Positions 52,952-62,300 of a DNA stretch of 64,000 nucleotides are shown in pieces (the first letter of the stretch is position 1; each line of letters starts with the position of its first letter). The position numbers and the translations under genes were made by a program. This DNA is from Collimonas fungivorans (lineage in GTDB: Bacteria > Pseudomonadota > Gammaproteobacteria > Burkholderiales > Burkholderiaceae_D): assembly GCF_028292705.1 (NCBI RefSeq), contig NZ_JAQGLV010000193.1, positions 10,147 through 74,146 of the forward strand. Direction: 5' to 3'. The notes under the pieces were generated by a model. The model was not told the origin of the DNA, searched no databases, and was given only the letters and a program-made list of their open reading frames with translations.

Positions 52952-54925
52952 ATGCCAAACACTAACAACACCTTCGCACCAGGCCGCAAGCTTGACGTGG
53001 TTTGCATCGGGCGCCTGGCGGTAGACCTGTATGCGCAGCAGATCGGCGCGCCGCTGGCGGATGTCAGCAGTTTCGCCAAGTACCTGGGCGGCTCTTCCGC
53101 CAATATCGCTTTCGGCTGCGCCAGGCTGGGCCTGAAATCGGCGATGCTGGCGCGGGTCGGCAATGAGCATAACGGCCAGTTCCTGACCGCGGCGCTGGCG
53201 GCGGAAGGCTGCGATGTCAGCCAGATCAAGGTCGATCCGGAGCGGCTGACCGCGCTGGTGATGCTGGGGCTGAAAGACAAGGATACTTTTCCCCTGATTT
53301 TTTACCGCGATAACTGCGCCGACATGGCGCTGGCGGAAGAAGACATCGATGAGGCTTTCATCGCCTCCAGCAAGGCGCTGCTGATTACCGGCACCCATTT
53401 TTCCACGCAACAGGTGCATCGCAGCAGCAGCCTGGCGCTGGAGTACGCGCGCCGCAACAACGTCCGCACCGTGCTCGACATCGACTACCGGCCGGTATTG
53501 TGGGGGCTGACCCAGAAGGGGGACGGCGAGACACGTTTCATCGCCAACGACGGCGTGACCAAACACCTGCAAGGCATCCTGCCAAAATTCGACCTGGTGG
53601 TCGGCACCGAAGAAGAATTCATGATCGCCGGCGGCGGCCAGGACATCATCGCCTCCCTGCAGGCAGTGCGCGCCGTCAGCCAGGCGACGCTGGTGGTCAA
53701 GCGCGGGCCGCTCGGCTGCGCCGTGATCCACGCTGCGATTCCAGAGTCGCTGGATGCAGGTTTCAACTACAAGGGCGTGCAGGTCGAAGTGCTCAATGTG
53801 CTGGGCGCCGGCGATGCTTTCCTGTCGGGATTCCTGAAGGGCTGGCTGAACAGCGAAGACGATGAAAGCTGCTGCCGTTACGCCAATGCCTGCGGCGCCC
53901 TGGTGGTGTCGCGCCATGCCTGTGCGCCGGCGATGCCGACGCCGGTCGAACTGGCGTATTTCCTTGAACATGCAGATCGCATGCAGCGGCCCGACCAGGA
54001 TGCGCACTTGCAGCGCCTGCACCGGGTCACTGTGCCGCGCAAAACCTGGGATGAGGTGAATGTCTTCGCCTTTGACCATCGCAACCAGTTCTTTGAGCTG
54101 GCGCGCGAATCGGGCGAGTTCGGCGTCAGCGAAGCACGCTTGCCGCAGCTCAAGCTACTGCTGGTGCAGGCCGTGGCTGCCACCGAGCAGGCGCTGGGCT
54201 TGCAAGGGAAAATCGGCATATTGTCCGATGACCGGTATGGCCAGGATGCGCTGAATACCGCTACCGGACGCGGCTGGTGGATTGGCCGCACAGTGGAACT
54301 GCCGCTCTCGAATCCGCTCGAATTCGACTACGGCCGTTCGATAGGTTCGCATCTGCTGAGCTGGCCCAAGGAACATGTAGTCAAATGCCTGGTGCAGTTC
54401 CATCCCGACGATGCGGTTGAAAAACGCTTGGAGCAGGAAGCCCAGATCCGCGGTTTGTACAACGCGGTGCAGGTCAGCGGCCATGAGCTGCTGCTGGAAA
54501 TCATCCCGCCCAAGGATTTGCCGAAGGCCGAGGATACCGTACTGCGCGGCATCAAGCGTTTGTACAACCTGGGCATTTATCCCGAATGGTGGAAACTGGA
54601 ATCGATGTCGGCCCGCCAGTGGGATGCGATCGACCGCCTGATTGCTGAGCGCGATCCCTATTGCCGCGGCGTGGTGCTGCTGGGGCTGGCGGCGCCGGTG
54701 GAAGAACTGGCGGCGGGTTTCCGCGCCTCGCGCCACAGCAAGACCTGCCGCGGTTTCATGGTAGGGCGGACGATTTTCCATGAACCGTCCAAGCTCTGGT
54801 TGCAAGGCCGGATCGACGATGCTGCCTTGATCGGGCAGGTGCGGGCCACATTCGAGAAACTGATCGGCGTCTGGCAAGCCAGCCGCAGCGAAGAGCAATC
54901 CAACCCAGCGGAGCGCGCAGCATGA
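52952..54925 (+). CDS. iolC: 5-dehydro-2-deoxygluconokinase with a C-terminal DUF2090 aldolase-like domain
   Basis: PfkB motifs GGSSANIA and GAGDAF; C-terminal AFDHR...HELLLE...WWKLE...GFMVGRTIF. Confidence 0.93.
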   Translation: MPNTNNTFAPGRKLDVVCIGRLAVDLYAQQIGAPLADVSSFAKYLGGSSANIAFGCARLGLKSAMLARVGNEHNGQFLTAALAAEGCDVSQIKVDPERLTALVMLGLKDKDTFPLIFYRDNCADMALAEEDIDEAFIASSKALLITGTHFSTQQVHRSSSLALEYARRNNVRTVLDIDYRPVLWGLTQKGDGETRFIANDGVTKHLQGILPKFDLVVGTEEEFMIAGGGQDIIASLQAVRAVSQATLVVKRGPLGCAVIHAAIPESLDAGFNYKGVQVEVLNVLGAGDAFLSGFLKGWLNSEDDESCCRYANACGALVVSRHACAPAMPTPVELAYFLEHADRMQRPDQDAHLQRLHRVTVPRKTWDEVNVFAFDHRNQFFELARESGEFGVSEARLPQLKLLLVQAVAATEQALGLQGKIGILSDDRYGQDALNTATGRGWWIGRTVELPLSNPLEFDYGRSIGSHLLSWPKEHVVKCLVQFHPDDAVEKRLEQEAQIRGLYNAVQVSGHELLLEIIPPKDLPKAEDTVLRGIKRLYNLGIYPEWWKLESMSARQWDAIDRLIAERDPYCRGVVLLGLAAPVEELAAGFRASRHSKTCRGFMVGRTIFHEPSKLWLQGRIDDAALIGQVRATFEKLIGVWQASRSEEQSNPAERAA

Positions 54926-56790
54926 GTGCAGCCAAAACCATACGCCTGACCATGGCGCAAGCGCTGGTGCGCTACCTGGCCGCCTTGCGAGTCGATACCG
55001 CCGATGGCGAGGCAGCGCTGTTTGGCGGCGTCTTCGCCATTTTCGGCCACGGCAATGTGGCCGGCCTGGGCGAGGCACTATACCAGCATCGTGAGCAGTT
55101 GCCGACCTATCGCGCGCATAACGAACAAGCCATGGCGCATGCCGCAATCGCCTATGCCAAGACACACATGCGGCGGCGCATGATGGCGGTCACCAGCTCG
55201 ATCGGCCCGGGCGCCACCAACCTGCTGACGGCGGCGGCGCTGGCCCATGTGAACCGCTTGCCGGTGCTGCTGCTGCCGGGGGATATCTTCGTTTCGCGGC
55301 GTCCCGATCCGGTGCTGCAGCAGGTGGAAAATTTCCAGGACGGCGGCGTCTCCGCCAATGATGCGTTCCGGCCGCTGTCGCGCTATTTCGACCGCATCTA
55401 TTATCCGGAGCAGCTGCTGACGGCCTTGCCGCGCGCGATCCAGGTGCTGACCGATGCCGCCCAGTGCGGCCCGGTGACGCTGGCCTTGCCGCAAGACGTC
55501 CAGGCCATGGCTTACGATTATCCGGTCGAATTTTTTGCACCGCAGACGGTCAGGTTCCGTGCCCAGGGGCCAGCTACTGATGAATTGCAGGCAGCGCTGG
55601 AGTTGCTGAAAAACGCCAGGCAGCCATTGATCGTGGCCGGCGGCGGCGTGCTGTATGGCGAAGCCACCGAAGCGCTGCGCTGTTTTGCCGAAAAACATGC
55701 GGTGCCGGTAGCGGAAACCCAGGCCGGCAAGAGCGCCTTGGCGTGGCGTCATCCCTTGCAGCTTGGCGCGCTCGGCGTGACCGGTTCGCCGGCAGCCAAT
55801 GCCTTGGCGCAGAAAGCCGATGTAGTGATTGCGGTAGGCACCCGGCTGCAGGATTTCACTACCGGTTCGCACTCGCTGTTCGGCCAGGCCAGCCTGTTGA
55901 GCATCAACGTCAATCCAGTCGACGCCATCAAATGGCAGGGGACGCCGATGTTGTCCGACGCCCGGCTGGGGCTGGCTGCCTTGTCACAGGGCTTGCAGGA
56001 CTGGCGGTCCAGCACCGGCTGGCACGCGCTGGCGCTGGAACAGGCCAATAACTGGCGCGCCGCGGTCGACAAGATCACCGGCCAGCGGGAAATAGAGGCG
56101 CCGGCCTTGCCCTATGACGGCGAGGTGATCGGCGCGGTGCAGCGCTCCAGCATCGATTCGACCGTGCACGATATCGTGGTTTGCGCCGCCGGCACCTTGC
56201 CGGCCGAGCTGCACAAATTGTGGCGTACTTCGACTCCGGGCGGCTACCACGTCGAATATGGCTATTCGTGCATGGGCTACGAAATCGCCGGCGCGCTAGG
56301 CGTCAAGCTGGCGCAGCCGGAACGCGACGTGATCGTGATGGTGGGCGACGGCAGCTACCTGATGATGAATTCGGAAATCGCCACGTCGGTCATGCTGGGA
56401 AAAAAACTGATCATCGTGGTGCTGGACAACCGCGGCTACGGTTGCATCAACCGCCTGCAGCAGGCCTGCGGCGGTGCACCGTTCAACAACATGCTGGAAG
56501 ATTGCCTGCAGGGGCCGCAGGGCGCGCCGGCCATCGATTTTGCCGCGCATGCAAGATCGCTGGGCGCGCTGGCGGAAAACGTCAAGACCATCGCCCAGCT
56601 GGAAGCTGCGCTGCAGCGGGCGCGCGCTGCCGACCGCACCTACCTGGTGTGCATCGACACCGACCCCGCGCGCACTACCGAAGACGGCGGCTGCTGGTGG
56701 GAAGTGGCGGTGCCGGAAGTGTCTGAACGGCCGCAGGTGCAAGCCGCGCGGGCCGAATATGAACAGGCCCGCCACAGTCAAAAGGTGTGA
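54922..56790 (+). CDS. iolD: 3D-(3,5/4)-trihydroxycyclohexane-1,2-dione hydrolase
   Basis: IRLTMAQAL, IFGHGNVAG, EYGYSCMGYE, GDGSYLM TPP motif, WWEVAVPEVS. Confidence 0.96.
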   Translation: MSAAKTIRLTMAQALVRYLAALRVDTADGEAALFGGVFAIFGHGNVAGLGEALYQHREQLPTYRAHNEQAMAHAAIAYAKTHMRRRMMAVTSSIGPGATNLLTAAALAHVNRLPVLLLPGDIFVSRRPDPVLQQVENFQDGGVSANDAFRPLSRYFDRIYYPEQLLTALPRAIQVLTDAAQCGPVTLALPQDVQAMAYDYPVEFFAPQTVRFRAQGPATDELQAALELLKNARQPLIVAGGGVLYGEATEALRCFAEKHAVPVAETQAGKSALAWRHPLQLGALGVTGSPAANALAQKADVVIAVGTRLQDFTTGSHSLFGQASLLSINVNPVDAIKWQGTPMLSDARLGLAALSQGLQDWRSSTGWHALALEQANNWRAAVDKITGQREIEAPALPYDGEVIGAVQRSSIDSTVHDIVVCAAGTLPAELHKLWRTSTPGGYHVEYGYSCMGYEIAGALGVKLAQPERDVIVMVGDGSYLMMNSEIATSVMLGKKLIIVVLDNRGYGCINRLQQACGGAPFNNMLEDCLQGPQGAPAIDFAAHARSLGALAENVKTIAQLEAALQRARAADRTYLVCIDTDPARTTEDGGCWWEVAVPEVSERPQVQAARAEYEQARHSQKV

Positions 56791-56819
56791 AATTTAATAG
56801 AGTGACAGCGAGAGAGACC

Positions 56820-57722
56820 ATGACATTTAACGTAAAGATCGGCATCAACCCGATTTCCTGGATGAACGACGACCTGCCGTCGCTGGGCGGCGAGACGCTG
56901 CTGGAAACGGCGCTGGCCGAAGGCGCGCAGATCGGTTATCGCGGCTTCGAGCTGGGCAACAAGTTTCCCAAGGAACCGGCAGCGCTGGCGGCCGTGCTCG
57001 GAAAATATCAGCTGGAATGCATTTCGGGCTGGTATTCCGGCCGCCTGGCGACCGGCTCGGTGGAAGATGAAATCGCCGCGGTCGGCCCGCATCTGCGGCT
57101 GCTGGCGGAAAACGGTTCCAAGGTCATGGTGTATGGCGAAGTCGCCAACGCCATCCAGGGCCGGCCGGACCCCTTGTACAAACGGCCGCGTTTCCTGAAC
57201 GACCTGGAATGGCGCCAGTATGCCGACAGGCTGACTGCTTTTGCGCGTTTCACCTTGTCGCACGGGGTGCGCCTGGCTTACCACCATCACATGGGCGCCT
57301 ACGTTGAAACGCCAGCCGATGTCGAACGCCTGATGGCGCTGACCGGCGATGAAGTCGGCTTGCTGTTCGACAGCGGCCACATCATGTTTGCCGGCGGCGA
57401 TCCCTTGCAGGTGCTGGAACAGCATATCAAACGCGTCTGCCACGTCCATTGCAAGGATGTGCGGCCGGCGGTGGTGAAGATGGCGCGCAACGGCAACTGG
57501 AGTTTCCTGCAGGCGGTGATCAACGGCGCGTTTACCGTGCCGGGCGACGGCGCCATCGATTTCGACGGTTTGCTGCGCCTGCTGTACCGGCATGGTTACG
57601 CCGGCTGGCTGGTGGTCGAGGCGGAGCAGGATCCGGCCGTTGCTCCGAGCTATCAATACGCCGACATGGGTTATCGCCATCTGGCCGGGCTGGTGAACAT
57701 CATCGGCAAGGAGGCGGCATGA
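56820..57722 (+). CDS. iolE: myo-inosose-2 dehydratase
   Basis: GINPISWMNDD, YHHHMG, HVHCKD, VVEAEQDP. Confidence 0.96.
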   Translation: MTFNVKIGINPISWMNDDLPSLGGETLLETALAEGAQIGYRGFELGNKFPKEPAALAAVLGKYQLECISGWYSGRLATGSVEDEIAAVGPHLRLLAENGSKVMVYGEVANAIQGRPDPLYKRPRFLNDLEWRQYADRLTAFARFTLSHGVRLAYHHHMGAYVETPADVERLMALTGDEVGLLFDSGHIMFAGGDPLQVLEQHIKRVCHVHCKDVRPAVVKMARNGNWSFLQAVINGAFTVPGDGAIDFDGLLRLLYRHGYAGWLVVEAEQDPAVAPSYQYADMGYRHLAGLVNIIGKEAA

Positions 57723-58513
57723 GCTTGCTCGTCAAGGGCCAGGCGCAAGGACGGGAAATCGTCAGCGTCACGCCGCAGTCCGCCAACTGGCGTTTTGTCG
57801 GTTTTGCCGCCTATCGCCTGGCAGCCGCTGAACGGATCCGCTTCGATACCGCCGAGCGCGAGGTGTGCATCGTGGTGTTGCGCGGCGTGGTCAGCGTGCA
57901 GGCCGGCGATCATGCATGGAAAGAAATCGGCGAACGGCAAAGCGTGTTTGACCAGGTTTCGCCGTATGCGGTGTATGTGCCGCACAGCCACGCCGTCACC
58001 ATCAGCGCCCATGGCGATGCTGAAATTGCGGTCTGCAGCGCGCCCGGCCATGGCGGCCTGAGCGCGCGGCTGATCGAGCCGGGCACGGCCAAGCGTTCGG
58101 TGCGCGGGCAGGGCAGCAACACACGCTACGTCTGCGATATCCTGCCGCAGTCCGAGCCGGCCGACCATTTGCTGGTAGTGGAAGTGGTGACGCCCGGCGG
58201 CCATTCTTCAAGCTACCCGCCGCACAAGCACGATACCGATAACCTGCCGCAAGAGAGTTCCCTCGAAGAGACCTATTACCATCGCCTCAACCCGCCGCAG
58301 GGTTTTGCTTTCCAGCGCGTGTATACCGACGATCGTTCGCTCGACGAATCGATGGCGGTGGAAAACCATGATGTGGTGATGGTGCCTCGCGGTTACCACC
58401 CGGTGGTGGCGCCGCACGGCTACGACAGTTATTACCTGAACGTGATGGCAGGCCCCAAGCGCGAGTGGCATTTCAAGAACGATCCGGCCCATGAATGGAT
58501 GCTGCAGCGTTGA
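57719..58513 (+). CDS. iolB: 5-deoxy-glucuronate isomerase
   Basis: SSYPPHKHD, LEETYY, VPRGYHP, YYLNVMAG; ATGA overlap with iolE. Confidence 0.96.
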   Translation: MSLLVKGQAQGREIVSVTPQSANWRFVGFAAYRLAAAERIRFDTAEREVCIVVLRGVVSVQAGDHAWKEIGERQSVFDQVSPYAVYVPHSHAVTISAHGDAEIAVCSAPGHGGLSARLIEPGTAKRSVRGQGSNTRYVCDILPQSEPADHLLVVEVVTPGGHSSSYPPHKHDTDNLPQESSLEETYYHRLNPPQGFAFQRVYTDDRSLDESMAVENHDVVMVPRGYHPVVAPHGYDSYYLNVMAGPKREWHFKNDPAHEWMLQR

Positions 58514-58549
58514 TGCAGCAATTAATTGCATAAAAATTGCAAACTCCGA

Positions 58550-58579
58550 TTGACCGAAGCTATCAAATGCACGTATTAT
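58550..58579 (+). promoter_or_regulatory. Putative sigma70 promoter of tRNA-Leu
   Basis: TTGACC-18-TATTAT. Confidence 0.6.
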
Positions 58580-58624
58580 TCTGTCTTCGGAATTGCAGTG
58601 AGCCTTACTGGGCTTCGCATTACG

Positions 58625-58709
58625 GCCCACGTGGCGGAATTGGTAGACGCGCATGGTTCAGGTCCATGTGCCGCAAGGTGTGGGGGTTCGAGTCCCTCCG
58701 TGGGCACCA
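58625..58709 (+). tRNA. tRNA-Leu(CAG), 85 nt, class II
   Basis: Acceptor stem GCCCACG/CGTGGGC-ACCA; D-loop GGAATTGGTAGAC; anticodon arm CATGG-TTCAGGT-CCATG; long variable arm; GTTCGAGTC. Confidence 0.98.
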
Positions 58710-58732
58710 GGTAACTGGTGTTGGAAGTAAAG

Positions 58733-58775
58733 AAAAACCGCATAAACATCAATGTTTATGCGGTTTTTTTCTTTT
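58733..58775. terminator. Long bidirectional terminator-like palindrome between tRNA-Leu and the GNAT gene
   Basis: AAAAACCGCATAAACAT-CA-ATGTTTATGCGGTTTTT followed by TTCTTTT. Confidence 0.85.
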
Positions 58776-58796
58776 CCGGCCCAATTTTTCCTGGTT

Positions 58797-59351
58797 TTAT
58801 CGATTGTCTGCGGTAGGAAATACCACCAGCTGAAAAGTGTCCTGGCCGCAGCTGAAGGGAGTCAGGGCAGTCATCTTCAAGCCCTGGACGTGAGCCGCGA
58901 GCGAGTGCGGATTGCGGTCGTTGATAAATGCGGCGCCGGTGTCGTAATCGGCCTGGGCATAGGTTTTCACGGCGGCGAACAGCTGCTGCAACAGGCCCTT
59001 GCCGCGCCACTCCCGACCGATGCATACCGGACCATAGACAAAAACCCGCTGTTGCTCAAGCGACTTGCCGCCGAACTGCTGCCGCGCAAACGTGGCCAGC
59101 ATGGCATCGACCACCGGATGGCGCGGCTGCATCGCGGCCGGCGCCATGCACACAAAGGCCGCCAGCTGCGCACCATCCACCGCGACCAGGATGCCCAGCG
59201 CCTGGTTGATGGCTTCCAGCTGCGCCTCATCCATTTGCGAAACGATGAAACCCTGCTGCCGTTCGGCTGCGCTGAGGCGCTCGGGCGTGTTTTCCAGCTG
59301 CAGCTGGACGATCTTCGGGTAATCCTCGTTACGGGCCTGGCGGATTTCCAT
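58797..59351 (-). CDS. GNAT family N-acetyltransferase
   Basis: MEIRQA..ED, acetyl-CoA motif VCIGREWRGKG, N..S...H motif; starts 12 bp after the NRPS stop. Confidence 0.88.
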   Translation of the reverse strand: MEIRQARNEDYPKIVQLQLENTPERLSAAERQQGFIVSQMDEAQLEAINQALGILVAVDGAQLAAFVCMAPAAMQPRHPVVDAMLATFARQQFGGKSLEQQRVFVYGPVCIGREWRGKGLLQQLFAAVKTYAQADYDTGAAFINDRNPHSLAAHVQGLKMTALTPFSCGQDTFQLVVFPTADNR

Positions 59352-59363
59352 GCTCTCTGCCTT

Positions 59364-62300
59364 TCAGTTTTTTGCCGGCGCCGCCGGGCAGCCGCGCCAG
59401 TTGGTGCCCGCCGGGATCGATTCGCCTTTCATCACCAGCGTCAGCGCGCCCAGCTTGGCGTTGTCGTTGACCGTCGCGCTGTACAGCACAAAGCTGCGCG
59501 GCCCCATGTAGACCCGGCTGCCGATATTGACATGATCGATCTTCATGACGCGGTCTTCGAACAAGTGCGTCTGCGGGCAGGCCTGGGCGTTCAGTTCGCT
59601 GTAGTCGCCGATGGTGACGCAGTCGAACTCGGTGATGTCGGTAGTGTTCATGTAAACCCCGCGCCCGATATGGCAACCCAGCAGGTTCAGAGCCAGCGGC
59701 AGCCACGGCGTGCCGCGCAGGTAACTCATGAAGTTCGGTATCGCGATCCCTTCATACAGGTTGGTGACGCCCTCCGACAGCCAGACGAACCGGGTCCACA
59801 TCGGCACGCTGCATTTCTTGTAGCGCCCGATCAGCAGCCACTTGAGGGCGGCGATGAAGATGAAGGTGCCGATGCCGTACAGCAGGCCGGCGCTGGTGAG
59901 CAAGGAAATGACTTCGCCCCACTGGCCGGCGCCGGCCAGCGGCATCAGGTTCAGCACCACGGTATAACCGACCGCGATCACGATCGCATGCGGCGACACG
60001 ATGCGGAAGCCTTCCACCAGCGACCGGCCGAGGCGGCGCCGGCGCGACGGACGGAACGTCAGGTGTTCCGGGAAACCGCTGGTCTGTTCGCGCGCCGGCA
60101 GGTTGATCGGCGGCGAGCCGAGCCAGGTGTCGCCGGGCTGCATGCGGCCGTTGTCCGGCGCGCGCGAATGGACGCCGATCAGGACGTTTTCCGGCAGGAT
60201 GCTGCCGTCCGGTACATAAGCGCCGTTGCCGACGAAGCTGCGGCGCGAGATCACGGTTGGCTTCATGGTCATCCAGCCGCCCTCGATCTGTTCGTCGCCG
60301 AGCAATACGGCATCGGCGATAAAGGTGTCGTCGCCCAGGGTCAGCATGTCCGGCACCACGCCCAGCGCTGTCGAGATCTCGGCATGGCGGCCCACCTTGG
60401 CGCCCAGCAGGCGGTACCAGTAGGGTGCGTAGACGGTGGCGTAGACGCCGTGCAAGACGCTCAGGCTCGATTCCTGGATCTGATTGACCAGCCATTTGCT
60501 GCAATAGATATTGCTGCGCACCGGCCAGCTGCCGGCCCGCATGCGCGGCAGCAGGCTCCAGCGGATGCCGGCCGAAAGCAGGGCTGTGCACACGATCAGC
60601 ACCGCGGTGGCAGGGAAGGCCATGACGAAATATTTGGTCAGCTGGAACGGCACATTGCCGTTGCTTTGCAGCCAGGGGAAACGATCGGTATCGTCGAGCC
60701 AGTCGATCAGGATGAAGCTCGGAAACACCGGCATGAAGAACAGGGTGGTGATCAGGAAGGCGCCGAACAGGAAAAATACCGATTCACCCAGCTGGCGTCT
60801 GCGCGTAACCGGCGGCCGCGGCGGTTTCGAGGCAGGGTCGAAAGCACCTGCATCACGCGCCGGCGAGCCGGTCCAGATGCGGCCGGCCGGCACCGTCTGG
60901 CCTTCGCTGATGGCGCTTTGGCCTTCCACATGGCCGAAGGCGCCGACATCCGTATTGCCTTCCATGACAACATAGGAACCGATACAGCTTTCGCGCCGCA
61001 ACGTGATCGGCCCTAGCCACAGTTCGCCATGTTCGACGCGGGCATTTTCCAGATTGACGGCATTGCCGATGCTCACGCCGTCCTCTATGGTCAGCAGGTC
61101 GTGCGCGCGCAAGGTCATGGAACCGATCACGACTTCCGAGCCGATGCGCGCACCCAGCGCCCGCAGCCACCAGCTGTACAAGGTCGAACCGCTCAGCAGG
61201 TAGGCCGGCGCCGCCTCGATCAGGCGATCCGCCAGCCACCAGCGGTAATAGGTCAGGCCCCAGAGCGGATAGCGACCGGCTTTCAGGCGTCCGGCGATCA
61301 GCCATTTGGCGGCGATCGCAATGGCGAACTCAAACAAGGTGGCCAGCAGGAACACGCCGACCGACACCACGATCGCCAGGGCAATCGAATCGCCCGGATC
61401 GCCGGTGAAGAAGTGGTAGGTGAAAAACGGCGCCAGCCATTGCATCATGCGCATCGCCACCAGCCACGGCACGGCGGCGGCCTGGGCGGCGCCGCACAGC
61501 CAGCGCTTCAGGTCCGACGGCGCGCTCCAGCCGGTGTCGACCGCGATGCCGGCGGCCGGCGCTACCGCCAGCACCTGGGCGATGCGGCCGATGGTGCGGT
61601 TCATGTAAATGTCGCGCACTGTCACGTGGGCAAAATCGGGATTGGCGCGCAGGGCGGAGGCGAGTTTTGCCGCGAACAGCGAATGGCCGCCGAGATCGTT
61701 GAAGAAATCGGCGCTGCGCTGGATCGGCTGGCCGGGGAACAGTTTGTTGAGCGCCGCGAACAGGGCCACTTCGGCCGACGTTTCGGGGAGGTCGGAATCG
61801 CCGCTGCCGGCGCCGGAGTTGATTGCCGCCAGCGGCCTGGCTTTCAGCGCCTTGCGGTCGATCTTGCCGGAAGTCAGGCGCGGCATTTCCTGCATGACTT
61901 CGAAGAAACCCGGCACCATGTAAGGCGGCAGCCGTTCGGCCAGGGCGCTGCGCAGAACCGCAGGGACGATTTCCGCGCCGCTTTCGGCGACGATGAAAGC
62001 AATCAGCTGGTCGATGCCGTCTTCCTGGCGCAATACCACCGCCACCGTGCCGACTCCCGGCTGGCGCGCCAGCACTTCTTCGATTTCACCCAGTTCGACC
62101 CGGAAGCCGCGGATCTTTACCTGGTCGTCGGTGCGGCCCAGGCACTGGACCCGGCCGTCGGCCTCGATCCGGGCCAGGTCGCCGGTGCGGTACAGGCGGC
62201 GGTCGTGTTCGCCGCTGGCCCAGGGGTTGGCCAGGAATTTCTCGGCGGTCAGTTCAGGCCGCCCTAGGTAGCCCTCGGCGACGCCGGGGCCGGTAATGCA

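Noticed and set aside
58526-58833. Short ORFs over the tRNA-Leu region
   Set aside because: They overlap the tRNA, its promoter and its terminator.
58752-61016. 754-aa plus-strand ORF opposite the GNAT and NRPS
   Set aside because: Antisense shadow starting inside the terminator; low-information Arg/Ala-rich translation.
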